Assembly (NCBI GenBank): GCA_035649715.1
Contig: DASRJB010000026.1
Coordinates: 1-28,376 of the forward strand
Reading direction: 5' to 3'
Length of the DNA stretch: 28,376 nt
Source: Pirellulaceae bacterium
Lineage (GTDB): Bacteria; Planctomycetota; Planctomycetia; Pirellulales; Pirellulaceae
Part shown: piece after piece, positions 6,948 to 15,277 of the stretch
Layout: each line of letters starts with the position of its first letter
Position numbering within the stretch: position 1 is the stretch's first letter
The notes under the pieces: model-generated
Database searches by the model: none
Told to the model about the DNA's origin: nothing
The model's input: only the letters and a program-made list of their open reading frames with translations
Made by a program: the position numbers and the translations under genes

Positions 6948-9200
6948 ATGAAACGCATCAAAAGCGGCGGTGGTTGGCGGGCGATCCTCTATTCGCTCCA
7001 GAAGTCGCGCCAAATGGGCGGCCTGTGGGGCCTCTGGAAGGCGATGCGCAGCAAGAACGCCTGCAAGACCTGTGCGCTGGGCATGGGCGGCCAGAAGGGC
7101 GGCATGGTGAATGAGGCCGGCAGCTTCCCCGAGGTCTGCAAAAAGTCGCTGCAGGCAATGGCCGCCGACATGCAGGGCGCAATCAAGCCCGAGTTCTGGA
7201 GCACGTACTCGGTCCCGCAGCTGCAAGCCTTCTCGCCGCGCGAACTGGAGTCGTGCGGCCGCCTCGTGCAGCCGGTGCTGCTCGAAAACGGGTCCCAATA
7301 CTACCGGCCGATCGAATGGGATGACGCACTGGGCCGCATTGTCGCCAAACTGACGGGGACAGCGCCCGATGAAACCTTCTGGTATTTCAGCGGCCGCTCG
7401 AGCAACGAGGCGGGCTTCCTGCTGCAGCTCTTCGCCCGGCTGTACGGGACCAACAACGTCAACAACTGCAGCTACTTCTGCCATCAGGCCAGCGGCGTCG
7501 GCCTTTCGTCGTCGCTGGGCACCGGGACGGCGACCGTCACGCTGGAAGACGTCGAGCACGCGGACCTGGTCTTCCTGATCGGCGGCAATCCCGCCAGCAA
7601 CCATCCGCGGCTGATGACGACGCTGAAGAACGTCCGCCGCCGGGGCGAGGTCATCGTCATCAATCCCGTGATTGAGACGGGCCTCGTCAATTTCCGCGTG
7701 CCGTCCGATCCCTGGAGCCTGCTATTTGGAACCAAGATCGCCACGCTCTACGTGCAGCCGCACATCGGTGGTGACTTGGCGCTGATGACGGGCATCGCCA
7801 AGCGGATCGACGAGATGGGGGCTCAGGACGAGGCGTTTTTGCAGGAGCATTGCCGGCACGCGGAACAGTGGCTGGCGCACCTGCGGCAGATCCCGTGGGC
7901 CGGGATTCACGCCAAATCGGGCGTCGAGCAGGCCGAAATTGACCAGATCGCCGAGCGCTATGCCGCCGCGAAAGACGTGGTGTTTAGCTGGACGATGGGA
8001 ATCACGCACCACGCCCATGGAGTGGCCAACGTGCAGGCGATCGCCAACCTGGCGCTGATGCGCGGCATGGTCGGCCGGCCGCGCGCCGGGCTGATGCCGA
8101 TTCGCGGCCACAGCAACGTGCAGGGGATCGGCTCGGTCGGTGTCACGCCGCAGCTCAAGCAAGCAGTGTTCGACGCTCTGGAGCGCGAGTTGGCCGTCAA
8201 GCTGCCGACGACTCCCGGCCTCGACACGCTCGGCTGCATCGAAGAGGCGCACGCCGGCCGGCTGAAGGCGGGCTTCTGCCTCGGGGGCAACCTGTATGGC
8301 AGCAATCCCGACGCGGCGTTCGCCGGGGAGGCCCTCGGCCGGCTCGACCAAATCGTCTATCTCAACACGACGCTCAACATCGGTCACGCCCATGGCCTGG
8401 CGCGGGAGACGATCATTTTGCCCGTGCTGGCCCGCGACGAAGAGCCGCAGCCGACGACGCAGGAATCGATGTTCAACTACATCCGCCTCTCCGACGGCGG
8501 CCCGCGGCGGCACGCCGGCCCGCGGAGTGAGGTCGAGATCATCGCGGAAATGGGCGAGCGGGTGCTCGACAGTAGTCCGGGGTACCCGCCTGGCGGGTCG
8601 GCTCCGCGAGATGCGGACCTCACGCGGAGCGCGAGGGCTACTATCGACTGGGCCAGCATGCGCAGCACCGGCAAGATCCGCCAGGCAATCGCCAAGGTCG
8701 TGCCCGGATTTGCGCAGCTCGCCCAGATCGACCGCACGAAGCAAGAATTCCACATTCCCGGCCGGACGTTCCATCAGCCGAAATTTGCCACAGCCGACGG
8801 AAAGGCGATCCTGCACCTTCACGAGTTGCCGGAGTTGGCCGGCGGCGAGAACACTCTGCGGCTGATGACGGTCCGCAGCGAGGGTCAATTCAATACGGTC
8901 GTCTACGAGGACGAAGATCTGTATCGCGGGCAGGAGCGGCGCGACGTAATCCTGCTGCATCCGGAAGATCTGCGGCGGCTGAATCTCACCGAGAACCAGC
9001 GGGTCACCGTTTCCAGCGCCGCAGGAGAGCTGCGGGGCATCCTCGCCCGCTCGTTCCCGGAAATCCGCGCCGGCAACGCGCTGATGTACTATCCCGAGGC
9101 CAACGTACTCGTGCCCCGCCACGCCGACCCGCATTCGCGCACGCCGGCGTTCAAGAGCATCGTGGTGAGCGTCACCGCGGAAATTCCGGTGACGGTCTAA
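6948..9200 (+). CDS. FdhF/YdeP family molybdopterin oxidoreductase
   Basis: NACKTCALGMGG, FYFSGRSSNEA-like segment, NNCSYFCHQASG, GGNPASNHPRL, PIRGHSNVQG, and C-terminal molybdopterin-dinucleotide domain (LMTVRSEGQFNT, TPAFKS). Confidence 0.93.
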   Translation: MKRIKSGGGWRAILYSLQKSRQMGGLWGLWKAMRSKNACKTCALGMGGQKGGMVNEAGSFPEVCKKSLQAMAADMQGAIKPEFWSTYSVPQLQAFSPRELESCGRLVQPVLLENGSQYYRPIEWDDALGRIVAKLTGTAPDETFWYFSGRSSNEAGFLLQLFARLYGTNNVNNCSYFCHQASGVGLSSSLGTGTATVTLEDVEHADLVFLIGGNPASNHPRLMTTLKNVRRRGEVIVINPVIETGLVNFRVPSDPWSLLFGTKIATLYVQPHIGGDLALMTGIAKRIDEMGAQDEAFLQEHCRHAEQWLAHLRQIPWAGIHAKSGVEQAEIDQIAERYAAAKDVVFSWTMGITHHAHGVANVQAIANLALMRGMVGRPRAGLMPIRGHSNVQGIGSVGVTPQLKQAVFDALERELAVKLPTTPGLDTLGCIEEAHAGRLKAGFCLGGNLYGSNPDAAFAGEALGRLDQIVYLNTTLNIGHAHGLARETIILPVLARDEEPQPTTQESMFNYIRLSDGGPRRHAGPRSEVEIIAEMGERVLDSSPGYPPGGSAPRDADLTRSARATIDWASMRSTGKIRQAIAKVVPGFAQLAQIDRTKQEFHIPGRTFHQPKFATADGKAILHLHELPELAGGENTLRLMTVRSEGQFNTVVYEDEDLYRGQERRDVILLHPEDLRRLNLTENQRVTVSSAAGELRGILARSFPEIRAGNALMYYPEANVLVPRHADPHSRTPAFKSIVVSVTAEIPVTV

Positions 9201-9283
9201 CGGGAGGCCGAGGCTCCCACGAAGCCGCGGCCCAGGCTTTCAGCCCGCCAACGCAGATAAGATTGTCCGCCCCACCAAATCCG

Positions 9284-9312
9284 TTGCCGAGCCAGACCCA
9301 TCGGGTTATGTT
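9284..9312 (+). promoter_or_regulatory. Possible sigma70 promoter for DUF1549/DUF1501 pair
   Basis: TTGCCG (9284-9289), 17-bp spacer, TATGTT (9307-9312). The -10 is flanked by a CCCATC/GATGGG inverted repeat (9297-9318). Confidence 0.4.
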
Positions 9313-9345
9313 GATGGGACCACTTGGCCGAAGAACACGCTGGCG

Positions 9346-11988
9346 ATGCGCCACATACACTTCCTACTCCTCGCAGCAATCATCACCGCCGGCGGCACTG
9401 CCGCGCGTGGCCAGTCACCAGCCGAATCGCCCCGCTTCAGCCGCCACGTCGTCGCCGTCTTTAGCCGGTTGGGTTGCAACAGCGGCTCCTGCCACGGCGC
9501 GGTGCAGGGCAAAAATGGCTTTCGCCTGTCGCTGTTCGGTGCCAGGCCGGAAGACGACTACGACCAGATTGTGCGGCAGGCGAGCGGCCGGCGCGTGAAC
9601 CTGCTCGATGTCGAGCAGAGCCTGCTGCTGCTCAAGGCGACCGGCAGGCTGCCCCACGGTGGCGGGCGGCGGATGGAAGCCGGCAGCCTGGAATACCGGG
9701 TGCTGCGGAATTGGCTTGCCGCCGGCGCCGTGGCCGACGATGTCGGGGCGTCGCAGCTGGTATCGCTCGAAGTGACGCCACGCGAGCAGGCTGCCCGGGC
9801 CGTCGAAAAGTACGAGCTGCGGCTCGCGGCGAAATTCGCCGACGGTAGCACGGAAGACGTTACCGCGCTGGCCTCGTTCGCGTCACTCGACGCCGGCGTC
9901 GCAACCGTCGATGCTGTGGGCCGCGCGCAAGCGCAGGGCGTCGGCGATACGGCGCTCGTGGCCCGCTTTCGGGCCGATCCGGCGGTGTCGCTCGTCGTCG
10001 TGGCGCGCGAGGGCGGCGGGCAGCTTGCCCTGCCCGATCCGCCGAGTGCTATCGACGGCCACATCCTGGCGAAGCTCCGGCGACTGAACTTGCCGCCGGC
10101 GGAATTGGCCGACGACGCGACGTTCCTGCGGCGGGCGCGGCTCGATGTCACCGGGCAACTGCCGACGGCCGAAGAGGTCCGCGAATTCCTGGCCGACACG
10201 AGTCCTGATAAGCGCGAGCGGAAGATCGACCAGCTGCTGGCCGAGCCGGGCCATGCCGCCCTTTGGACGCTGAAATTCTGCGATCTCCTGAAGGCCACCG
10301 ATTTCGGGGTCTATGCCGACGGGCTCGACGAGCAGCACGAAGCGCCGCGGTTTCAAGCCTGGATTCGGGCCCGCCTCGCCGAGAACACGCCCTACGACGA
10401 ATTCGCGGCCCGCATCCTGACGGCCACCAGCCGCGAGGGGCGTAGTCTGGAAGAGTGGTCGGCCGAAGTCGTTGCGCTGGCCGAGGGCTATGCGACGCCG
10501 CGAAAGGACCTGGACCTCTATTCCCGGCGGCAGACGCTCGACGCCTATTGGCAGCGGAAGGACGCGGTCGGCGTTCCGGGCACACTGCAGGTTGCCCACG
10601 CGTTTCTCGGGCTGCGGCTGGAGTGCGCCCAGTGCCACCGTCATCCGCACGACGTCTGGCAACAGGACGACCTGCTCAGCTTCGCCAATTTCTTCATGGG
10701 CGTGCGGGCCGTCGGCTTCCAGGGCGAGAACGACAAGCGGTATCCCGACGAGAGCCAGCTCGCAAAAGGTTTTGAGCAGGAGGGCAAAAAGCTCGCCGAG
10801 GAAGTCAAACAGCTGAAAGAAGGCCGCGGCAAGGAGCTCGCGGAAAAGGCCAAGCAGGCCCAGCCCGAGATCAACCGCCTCAAGAACGAAATCCAGAAGG
10901 GCGGCGAGGCGGCGGCGCTGTCCGAAATGCAACAGCAGCTTGATTCTCTGCAGACCACTATCGCCGAGAACGATCAGCTGCAGCGCGAGATTCGCGAGAA
11001 AGACCAGCGGAGCAAGCTGCTGACCGACGCGATCCCCAAACGGATCGTCCACAGCCAGATCATGCATCAGGCCGGTGATGAGAAGTCGCCTCGCTTTGCC
11101 AAGGTCACCAGCCCGCTGGGCACACAGACCTCGCAAACTTTCCGTCTGCCAGGCGAGCGCGAGCCTGTTGCCCTGGGCGAGGGCGAAGATCCGCGGGCCA
11201 AGGTCGTCGAGTGGCTCCGGCGGCCCGACAATCCGTTCTTCGCCAAGGCGATCGTCAACCGCGTTTGGGCGCACTATTTCGGCCGCGGCATCGTCAACCC
11301 GCCCGACGATCTCTCGCCACACAACCCGGCTACGCACCCGGCGCTGCTCGACGACCTGTGGCGCGAGTTTGTCGCCGGCGGCTTCGATCTCCGCCGTCTG
11401 CACCGCGCGATCCTCTGCAGCCGCACCTATCAGCAGTGCAGCTTGCCGGCCGCCGCCAGCGCCGCCGACCGGGCGAACTACGCCTGTTTCTATCCCCGCC
11501 GGTTGCCCGCGGAAGTGCTGCTCGACGTCCTGAATCAGGCGACTGGGACCCGGGAAAACCTCGACATGCGCTACGACCATTGGCCGGACGGCATGTCCAC
11601 AGTGGAGATTCCGTACAAGCCGCGGAACGGATTCGTGACATTCATGCTTGAGCAGTTCGGGCGGCCGCCGCGAAATTCGGCCGTGCAATGCGATTGCGCC
11701 CGGCAGGGCGACGCATCGCTGCTACAGGTGCTGAGCCTGGCCAATCACCCGCGGGTCCGGCAGAAGGTCGCCGATCCGTCCGGCCGCGTGGCGTCGCTGA
11801 TCCGGGAGACGGAAGATCCGCAGCAGCGGATCGAGCAGCTCTATTTGAGTGTGCTCTCGCGGCTGCCCGACCAGCTAGAGTGCTCGGCCTGTTGCGAGCA
11901 CCTCGCGACGACTGCGACGCCCGAAGAGGGCTTGCAGGCGGTATTGTGGAGCCTGCTCAACACGCGTGAGTTCATCCTGCAGCATTAG
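9346..11988 (+). CDS. Secreted DUF1549 plus DUF1553 (PSD1) domain protein with Ig-like segment
   Basis: Signal peptide, GCNSGSCHG/GFRLSLFG, ADDATFLRRARLDVTGQLP, LECAQCHRHP, NPFFAKAIVNRVWAHYFGRGIV, RRLPAEVLLD, WSLLNTREF. Confidence 0.93.
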   Translation: MRHIHFLLLAAIITAGGTAARGQSPAESPRFSRHVVAVFSRLGCNSGSCHGAVQGKNGFRLSLFGARPEDDYDQIVRQASGRRVNLLDVEQSLLLLKATGRLPHGGGRRMEAGSLEYRVLRNWLAAGAVADDVGASQLVSLEVTPREQAARAVEKYELRLAAKFADGSTEDVTALASFASLDAGVATVDAVGRAQAQGVGDTALVARFRADPAVSLVVVAREGGGQLALPDPPSAIDGHILAKLRRLNLPPAELADDATFLRRARLDVTGQLPTAEEVREFLADTSPDKRERKIDQLLAEPGHAALWTLKFCDLLKATDFGVYADGLDEQHEAPRFQAWIRARLAENTPYDEFAARILTATSREGRSLEEWSAEVVALAEGYATPRKDLDLYSRRQTLDAYWQRKDAVGVPGTLQVAHAFLGLRLECAQCHRHPHDVWQQDDLLSFANFFMGVRAVGFQGENDKRYPDESQLAKGFEQEGKKLAEEVKQLKEGRGKELAEKAKQAQPEINRLKNEIQKGGEAAALSEMQQQLDSLQTTIAENDQLQREIREKDQRSKLLTDAIPKRIVHSQIMHQAGDEKSPRFAKVTSPLGTQTSQTFRLPGEREPVALGEGEDPRAKVVEWLRRPDNPFFAKAIVNRVWAHYFGRGIVNPPDDLSPHNPATHPALLDDLWREFVAGGFDLRRLHRAILCSRTYQQCSLPAAASAADRANYACFYPRRLPAEVLLDVLNQATGTRENLDMRYDHWPDGMSTVEIPYKPRNGFVTFMLEQFGRPPRNSAVQCDCARQGDASLLQVLSLANHPRVRQKVADPSGRVASLIRETEDPQQRIEQLYLSVLSRLPDQLECSACCEHLATTATPEEGLQAVLWSLLNTREFILQH

Positions 11989-12002
11989 GCAAGGAACGTG
12001 AC

Positions 12003-13352
12003 ATGATCGGCTGCCAGACCTTCCGGCGACATTCGCGGCGCGACTTCCTGCGGATCGGCGGGGCATCGCTGTGCGGCGTGAGCCTGCTGGATATGCTGCG
12101 GGCGCAGTCCCAGGCGGCCGGCGCGCCGGCGGCGAAGGCCAAGAGCATGATCGTCTGCTGGATGGCCGGCGGGCCGCCGCACACCGACATGTTCGACATG
12201 AAGCCGGATTCGCCCACCGACTATCGCGGCGAATTCAAGCCGATCAAATCGAAGCTGTCGGGGCTCGACGTGTGTGAGTTGATGCCCAAGCTGGCCGAGC
12301 GAGCGGACAAATTCACGATCATCCGCTCGATCACCACCATGAATCAGCCCGGCGACCACAGCCGGGCGCCAATGTACTGGCTGACCGGAAATCCGCGGCT
12401 GCCCAGCGGCACCGCCGAATATCCGATGTACGGCAGCGCGGCGGCTAAGTTTCGGCCGGGGCCGGCCGAGCTGCCGACATTTGCCGTGCTGGGCAAGATC
12501 GATCATCACATCGGCAACTCGATCGCCGGCAGCTTCCTCGGCCCGGCGTTCAACCCGTTCATCTTCGACCCGCTGGAGAAGAAGGACGACATCGCCAAGA
12601 TGCTCGCGCCGCAGCTGGAGCTGCCGGCCTTCACCAAGAACGCCGAGCTGCTCAAAGCGCTCGACAAGCGGCTGCGTCGGCAAGACGGCGTCGATCCCCT
12701 GATCGCCGGCCTCGACGCCTACCAGCAGACGGCGTTCGACATGCTCCGCTCGCCGAAGCTGCGGGCGGCCCTCGACCTGTCCGAGGAGAGCGACGAAACG
12801 GTGGCCCGCTACAAGGACCACCACCTGAGCAAGTACCGCTATCCCTCCGGCGATCCGCTGCATTTCCTGCTGGCGCGGCGGCTGGTTGAGGCGGGCGTGC
12901 CGATCGTGCATTTCAGCCTGGGCTATTGGGACTGGCACGGCGAGAATTTCGTCGCCGGGCGGCAGCAGATTCCAATGTTCGACGCCGGGCTCTCGTCGCT
13001 TTTGGACGATCTCGACGAGCGGGGCCTCTTGGACACGACGATCGTTCTCGCCCTGGGCGAGATGGGCCGCAAGCCCAAGTGCGGCACCGAGAAGAACGCC
13101 GGACGCGACCACTGGGACTACGCCCAGTTTGTGCTGGCTGCGGGCGGCGGCTTCAAGCGCGGCTGCATCGTCGGGGCCACCGACAAGCTCGGCGAGCAGG
13201 TCACCGACAACTTCTACAAGATCGAAAGCTTTGGGCGCACGCTCTATCACTTGCTCGGCATCGATCCTGACACGACCGTGTACACGCCCAGCAACCGGCC
13301 GATCAGGCTGATCGCAGAGGATGCGCCGCTGGTTAAGGAGGCCTTGATCTAG
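12003..13352 (+). CDS. DUF1501 domain-containing protein
   Basis: Twin-arginine-like SRRDFLRIGG, WMAGGP...FDMKP, LLARRLVEAGV, GYWDWH, LGEMGRKP, GRDHW, GGGFKRG...GATD. Confidence 0.95.
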   Translation: MIGCQTFRRHSRRDFLRIGGASLCGVSLLDMLRAQSQAAGAPAAKAKSMIVCWMAGGPPHTDMFDMKPDSPTDYRGEFKPIKSKLSGLDVCELMPKLAERADKFTIIRSITTMNQPGDHSRAPMYWLTGNPRLPSGTAEYPMYGSAAAKFRPGPAELPTFAVLGKIDHHIGNSIAGSFLGPAFNPFIFDPLEKKDDIAKMLAPQLELPAFTKNAELLKALDKRLRRQDGVDPLIAGLDAYQQTAFDMLRSPKLRAALDLSEESDETVARYKDHHLSKYRYPSGDPLHFLLARRLVEAGVPIVHFSLGYWDWHGENFVAGRQQIPMFDAGLSSLLDDLDERGLLDTTIVLALGEMGRKPKCGTEKNAGRDHWDYAQFVLAAGGGFKRGCIVGATDKLGEQVTDNFYKIESFGRTLYHLLGIDPDTTVYTPSNRPIRLIAEDAPLVKEALI

Positions 13353-13367
13353 CGGCGATCGATCAGG

Positions 13368-14729
13368 CTACAGCGTTTTCAAATACTCGAGGACGGCCCG
13401 CTTCTCGTCCTCGGTCAGGGCGTCGGGGAAATCGTGGCCGGCGGCGCTCTTGCCAAAGCGGTGCGTGTCGAAGTGCTGCCGTTTCTTCCAGCCGGTGAAG
13501 ACCGCGTCCGACGGCAGCCGATCGAACGTTTCGATCTGCCAGCCGACGCGCGTCGAGTCGAATTCGTCGCCGGTCCGCCGCCAAACGGCAGGCCGCTCCT
13601 GCGGGTGCAGCACGTGCCAGAGCGTGGGCACGCTGCCGTTGTGGAAGTAAGGGCTGCTGGCCCAAATCCCGTCCAGCGGCGGGGCAACGTAGCCGCCCGG
13701 ATCGCTCTTGTTCGCCTTCTTGCCGAACTCCGCGAACCAACTCTGGCCGTAGGCGTCGCGGTGGGCCGGCGTGAGCGCGTCAAGCCGCACGCGGTCGGTG
13801 CCGACTTCGGCGATCGGCACGAGCTTCTCGGGATAGCCTTCGCCGTCGCCGTACGTGCCGTGGCACTCGGCGCAGGTGCGGTTGAAGACGCCGCGGCCGC
13901 GCTCGGCCAGCGGCTGATCGATCCGATACGGATACCTGGGCGGCTGCACAGAGCTGAGGTACGCGAAGACGTCGCGAAACTCCTGCTCCCAGGCGCGGAA
14001 CTTCTCGGGCCCATTGCTCCGGACGAGCATGAACTGCATCAGACCGCGGTGCCCTTTTTCGGCGAAGCCGTCGATGTAGAGCATCTTCTTCCGCCGGAAG
14101 TGCCACCAGGGAGGCGCGTCCATGTCGTGGTTGGTGAGTTTGGCGACCGGCCGGTCGGCGTGGAACACGAGGTCCGCGTCGCGGAAGCCCATCAGGACGA
14201 CGCCGAACATCACGGCATTGGTCGTGCCGTCGGTCGAGCCGAGCGGTACGAACACGCCGCCGACATCCATCCGCGACAGCGGCTTCGTTAGCTCCGCTTT
14301 CACCAGGCGCGTCTCTTCGGTCAGCGTCTGCAAGGCAAACCGCGAGTTCGGCGCTCCGGGCCAGACCTGCGTGCCGCCTTTGCCGTCGGGAATGAGCCCG
14401 CCGTGGCAGGCAAAGCAATTCATCGTCCAGCCTTGCCGATCGACGACGTACTGCAGCGGTTGCGTGGGATCGTCCGGGCGCGGCGTCAGGCCGTAGCGCT
14501 CGAAGGCCATCCGCCGCCGCTCGTCCGCCGTCGCCTTCTCGGCCTCCGACCGCAGCGGCTCGGGCCACTGCCGCCAGACATTGTCGAACGTCTCCTGGTC
14601 AAAATCCGGCGGCAGATAGGCCTTCTGTGTGAGCAGCTCGTAGCCGCGCTGGGCCGCTGCGGAGGGCTCAGTCGCCCGCAGTGGCGCGGTTGACAGCAGC
14701 ACGGCGGTTGCCAACAGAGTGAATCGCAT
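13368..14729 (-). CDS. Secreted dihaem c-type cytochrome, RoxA/CcP-MauG-like
   Basis: Signal peptide from ATG 14729, two CxxCH motifs (CFACH, CAECH), HDMDAPPWW, and YVAPPLDGIWASSPYFHNGSVPTL. Confidence 0.85.
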   Translation of the reverse strand: MRFTLLATAVLLSTAPLRATEPSAAAQRGYELLTQKAYLPPDFDQETFDNVWRQWPEPLRSEAEKATADERRRMAFERYGLTPRPDDPTQPLQYVVDRQGWTMNCFACHGGLIPDGKGGTQVWPGAPNSRFALQTLTEETRLVKAELTKPLSRMDVGGVFVPLGSTDGTTNAVMFGVVLMGFRDADLVFHADRPVAKLTNHDMDAPPWWHFRRKKMLYIDGFAEKGHRGLMQFMLVRSNGPEKFRAWEQEFRDVFAYLSSVQPPRYPYRIDQPLAERGRGVFNRTCAECHGTYGDGEGYPEKLVPIAEVGTDRVRLDALTPAHRDAYGQSWFAEFGKKANKSDPGGYVAPPLDGIWASSPYFHNGSVPTLWHVLHPQERPAVWRRTGDEFDSTRVGWQIETFDRLPSDAVFTGWKKRQHFDTHRFGKSAAGHDFPDALTEDEKRAVLEYLKTL

Positions 14730-14961
14730 GGTTTGCTCGCAACCGCAATATAGCCCCGCGGGCAACATTTAGCCGCCGCAAGTCAGAGCTCGCCAAAGTT
14801 CGCGGCCCGAATACTCGGCCCCCTGGTTGGGCAGGGGCGCGCGCGGCTTTTTTCGCAGTTTTCGGTCGCAACTCTCGAAGCGCCAGCGACTTGGGTCACC
14901 AGCACCCAGAGGCCGTTAAGTACTATTTATGAGTGTTAGAGAACTCGTTCGGTCGCCGGCT

Positions 14962-15133
14962 GAGCTGCTGCGACCCACCCGGCCTCGTCCGAATGTGAAG
15001 GCGGTGAGCGGATCGGACCTCCATTGGCCCAGGGACGCCCACGTGCTTGCGACTTGTCTGAATCCGAGCTCTCCGTGGCGATCTGACGCAACCTATCCGG
15101 ATGGCTTGTGTCGCCGGGCGGTTCTCGCAGCCC
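14962..15133 (-). ncRNA. Candidate structured ncRNA of about 170 nt, 6S RNA-like rod
   Basis: Starts 7 nt after a consensus-like -10. Manual pairing: GCUGCGA/UCGCAGC, GCCCGGC/GCCGGGU, UCCGGAU/AUUCGGA, GAUCG/CGAUC, GCUC/GGGC. The G-U pairs are only possible on the minus strand. Confidence 0.55.
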
Positions 15134-15139
15134 GGGCGA

Positions 15140-15168
15140 ATTGTAACAATCCGTTCAGTATCTGTCAA
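15140..15168 (-). promoter_or_regulatory. Near-consensus sigma70 promoter
   Basis: Minus strand TTGACA (15168-15163), 17-bp spacer, TACAAT (15145-15140). Confidence 0.85.
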
Positions 15169-15173
15169 GCGCA

Positions 15174-15220
15174 ACACAACAGATTGTGTTTCGCCGCCGC
15201 CCAACCACAACCGGTTGTGG
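15174..15220. promoter_or_regulatory. Tandem NrdR-box-like palindromes
   Basis: ACACAACAGATTGTGT (15174-15189) and CCACAACCGGTTGTGG (15205-15220). Both have a CACAA-N4-TTGTG core, with a 15-bp gap and 31-bp period. Confidence 0.6.
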
Positions 15221-15241
15221 TCGCGCCTTCTAACGACCCCC

Positions 15242-15268
15242 GAAAGAAGGGCGGCCCAAGTGCCGCCC
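15242..15268 (-). terminator. Intrinsic terminator downstream of terC-family gene
   Basis: Minus strand GGGCGGC-ACTTGG-GCCGCCC followed by TTCTTTC, 10 bp after the stop. Confidence 0.7.
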
Positions 15269-15277
15269 CCGATCCCG

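Noticed and set aside
6948-9200. Selenocysteine or frameshift in the FdhF-like gene
   Set aside because: The ORF is uninterrupted, with Cys at the active-site position (CSYFCH).
9202-9250. REP-like hairpin GGGAG...CTCCC and GGCTTTCAGCC-like sequence after fdhF
   Set aside because: Short, imperfect, single copy in the window and lacking a U-tract. It cannot be supported as a REP or terminator.
14962-15133. Identity of the RNA as tmRNA, RNase P, SRP, or a ZTP, fluoride, guanidine-III, cobalamin or SAM riboswitch
   Set aside because: Only short fragments resemble these (CCACGGAGAGC, CCTGGGC, CAATGGAG, CGGACGAGG). The required conserved cores and their order are missing.
15174-15220. Rex or DnaA boxes / replication origin
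   Set aside because: Rex sites are TTGTG-N8-CACAA (opposite orientation and spacing). No TTATNCACA DnaA boxes were seen.
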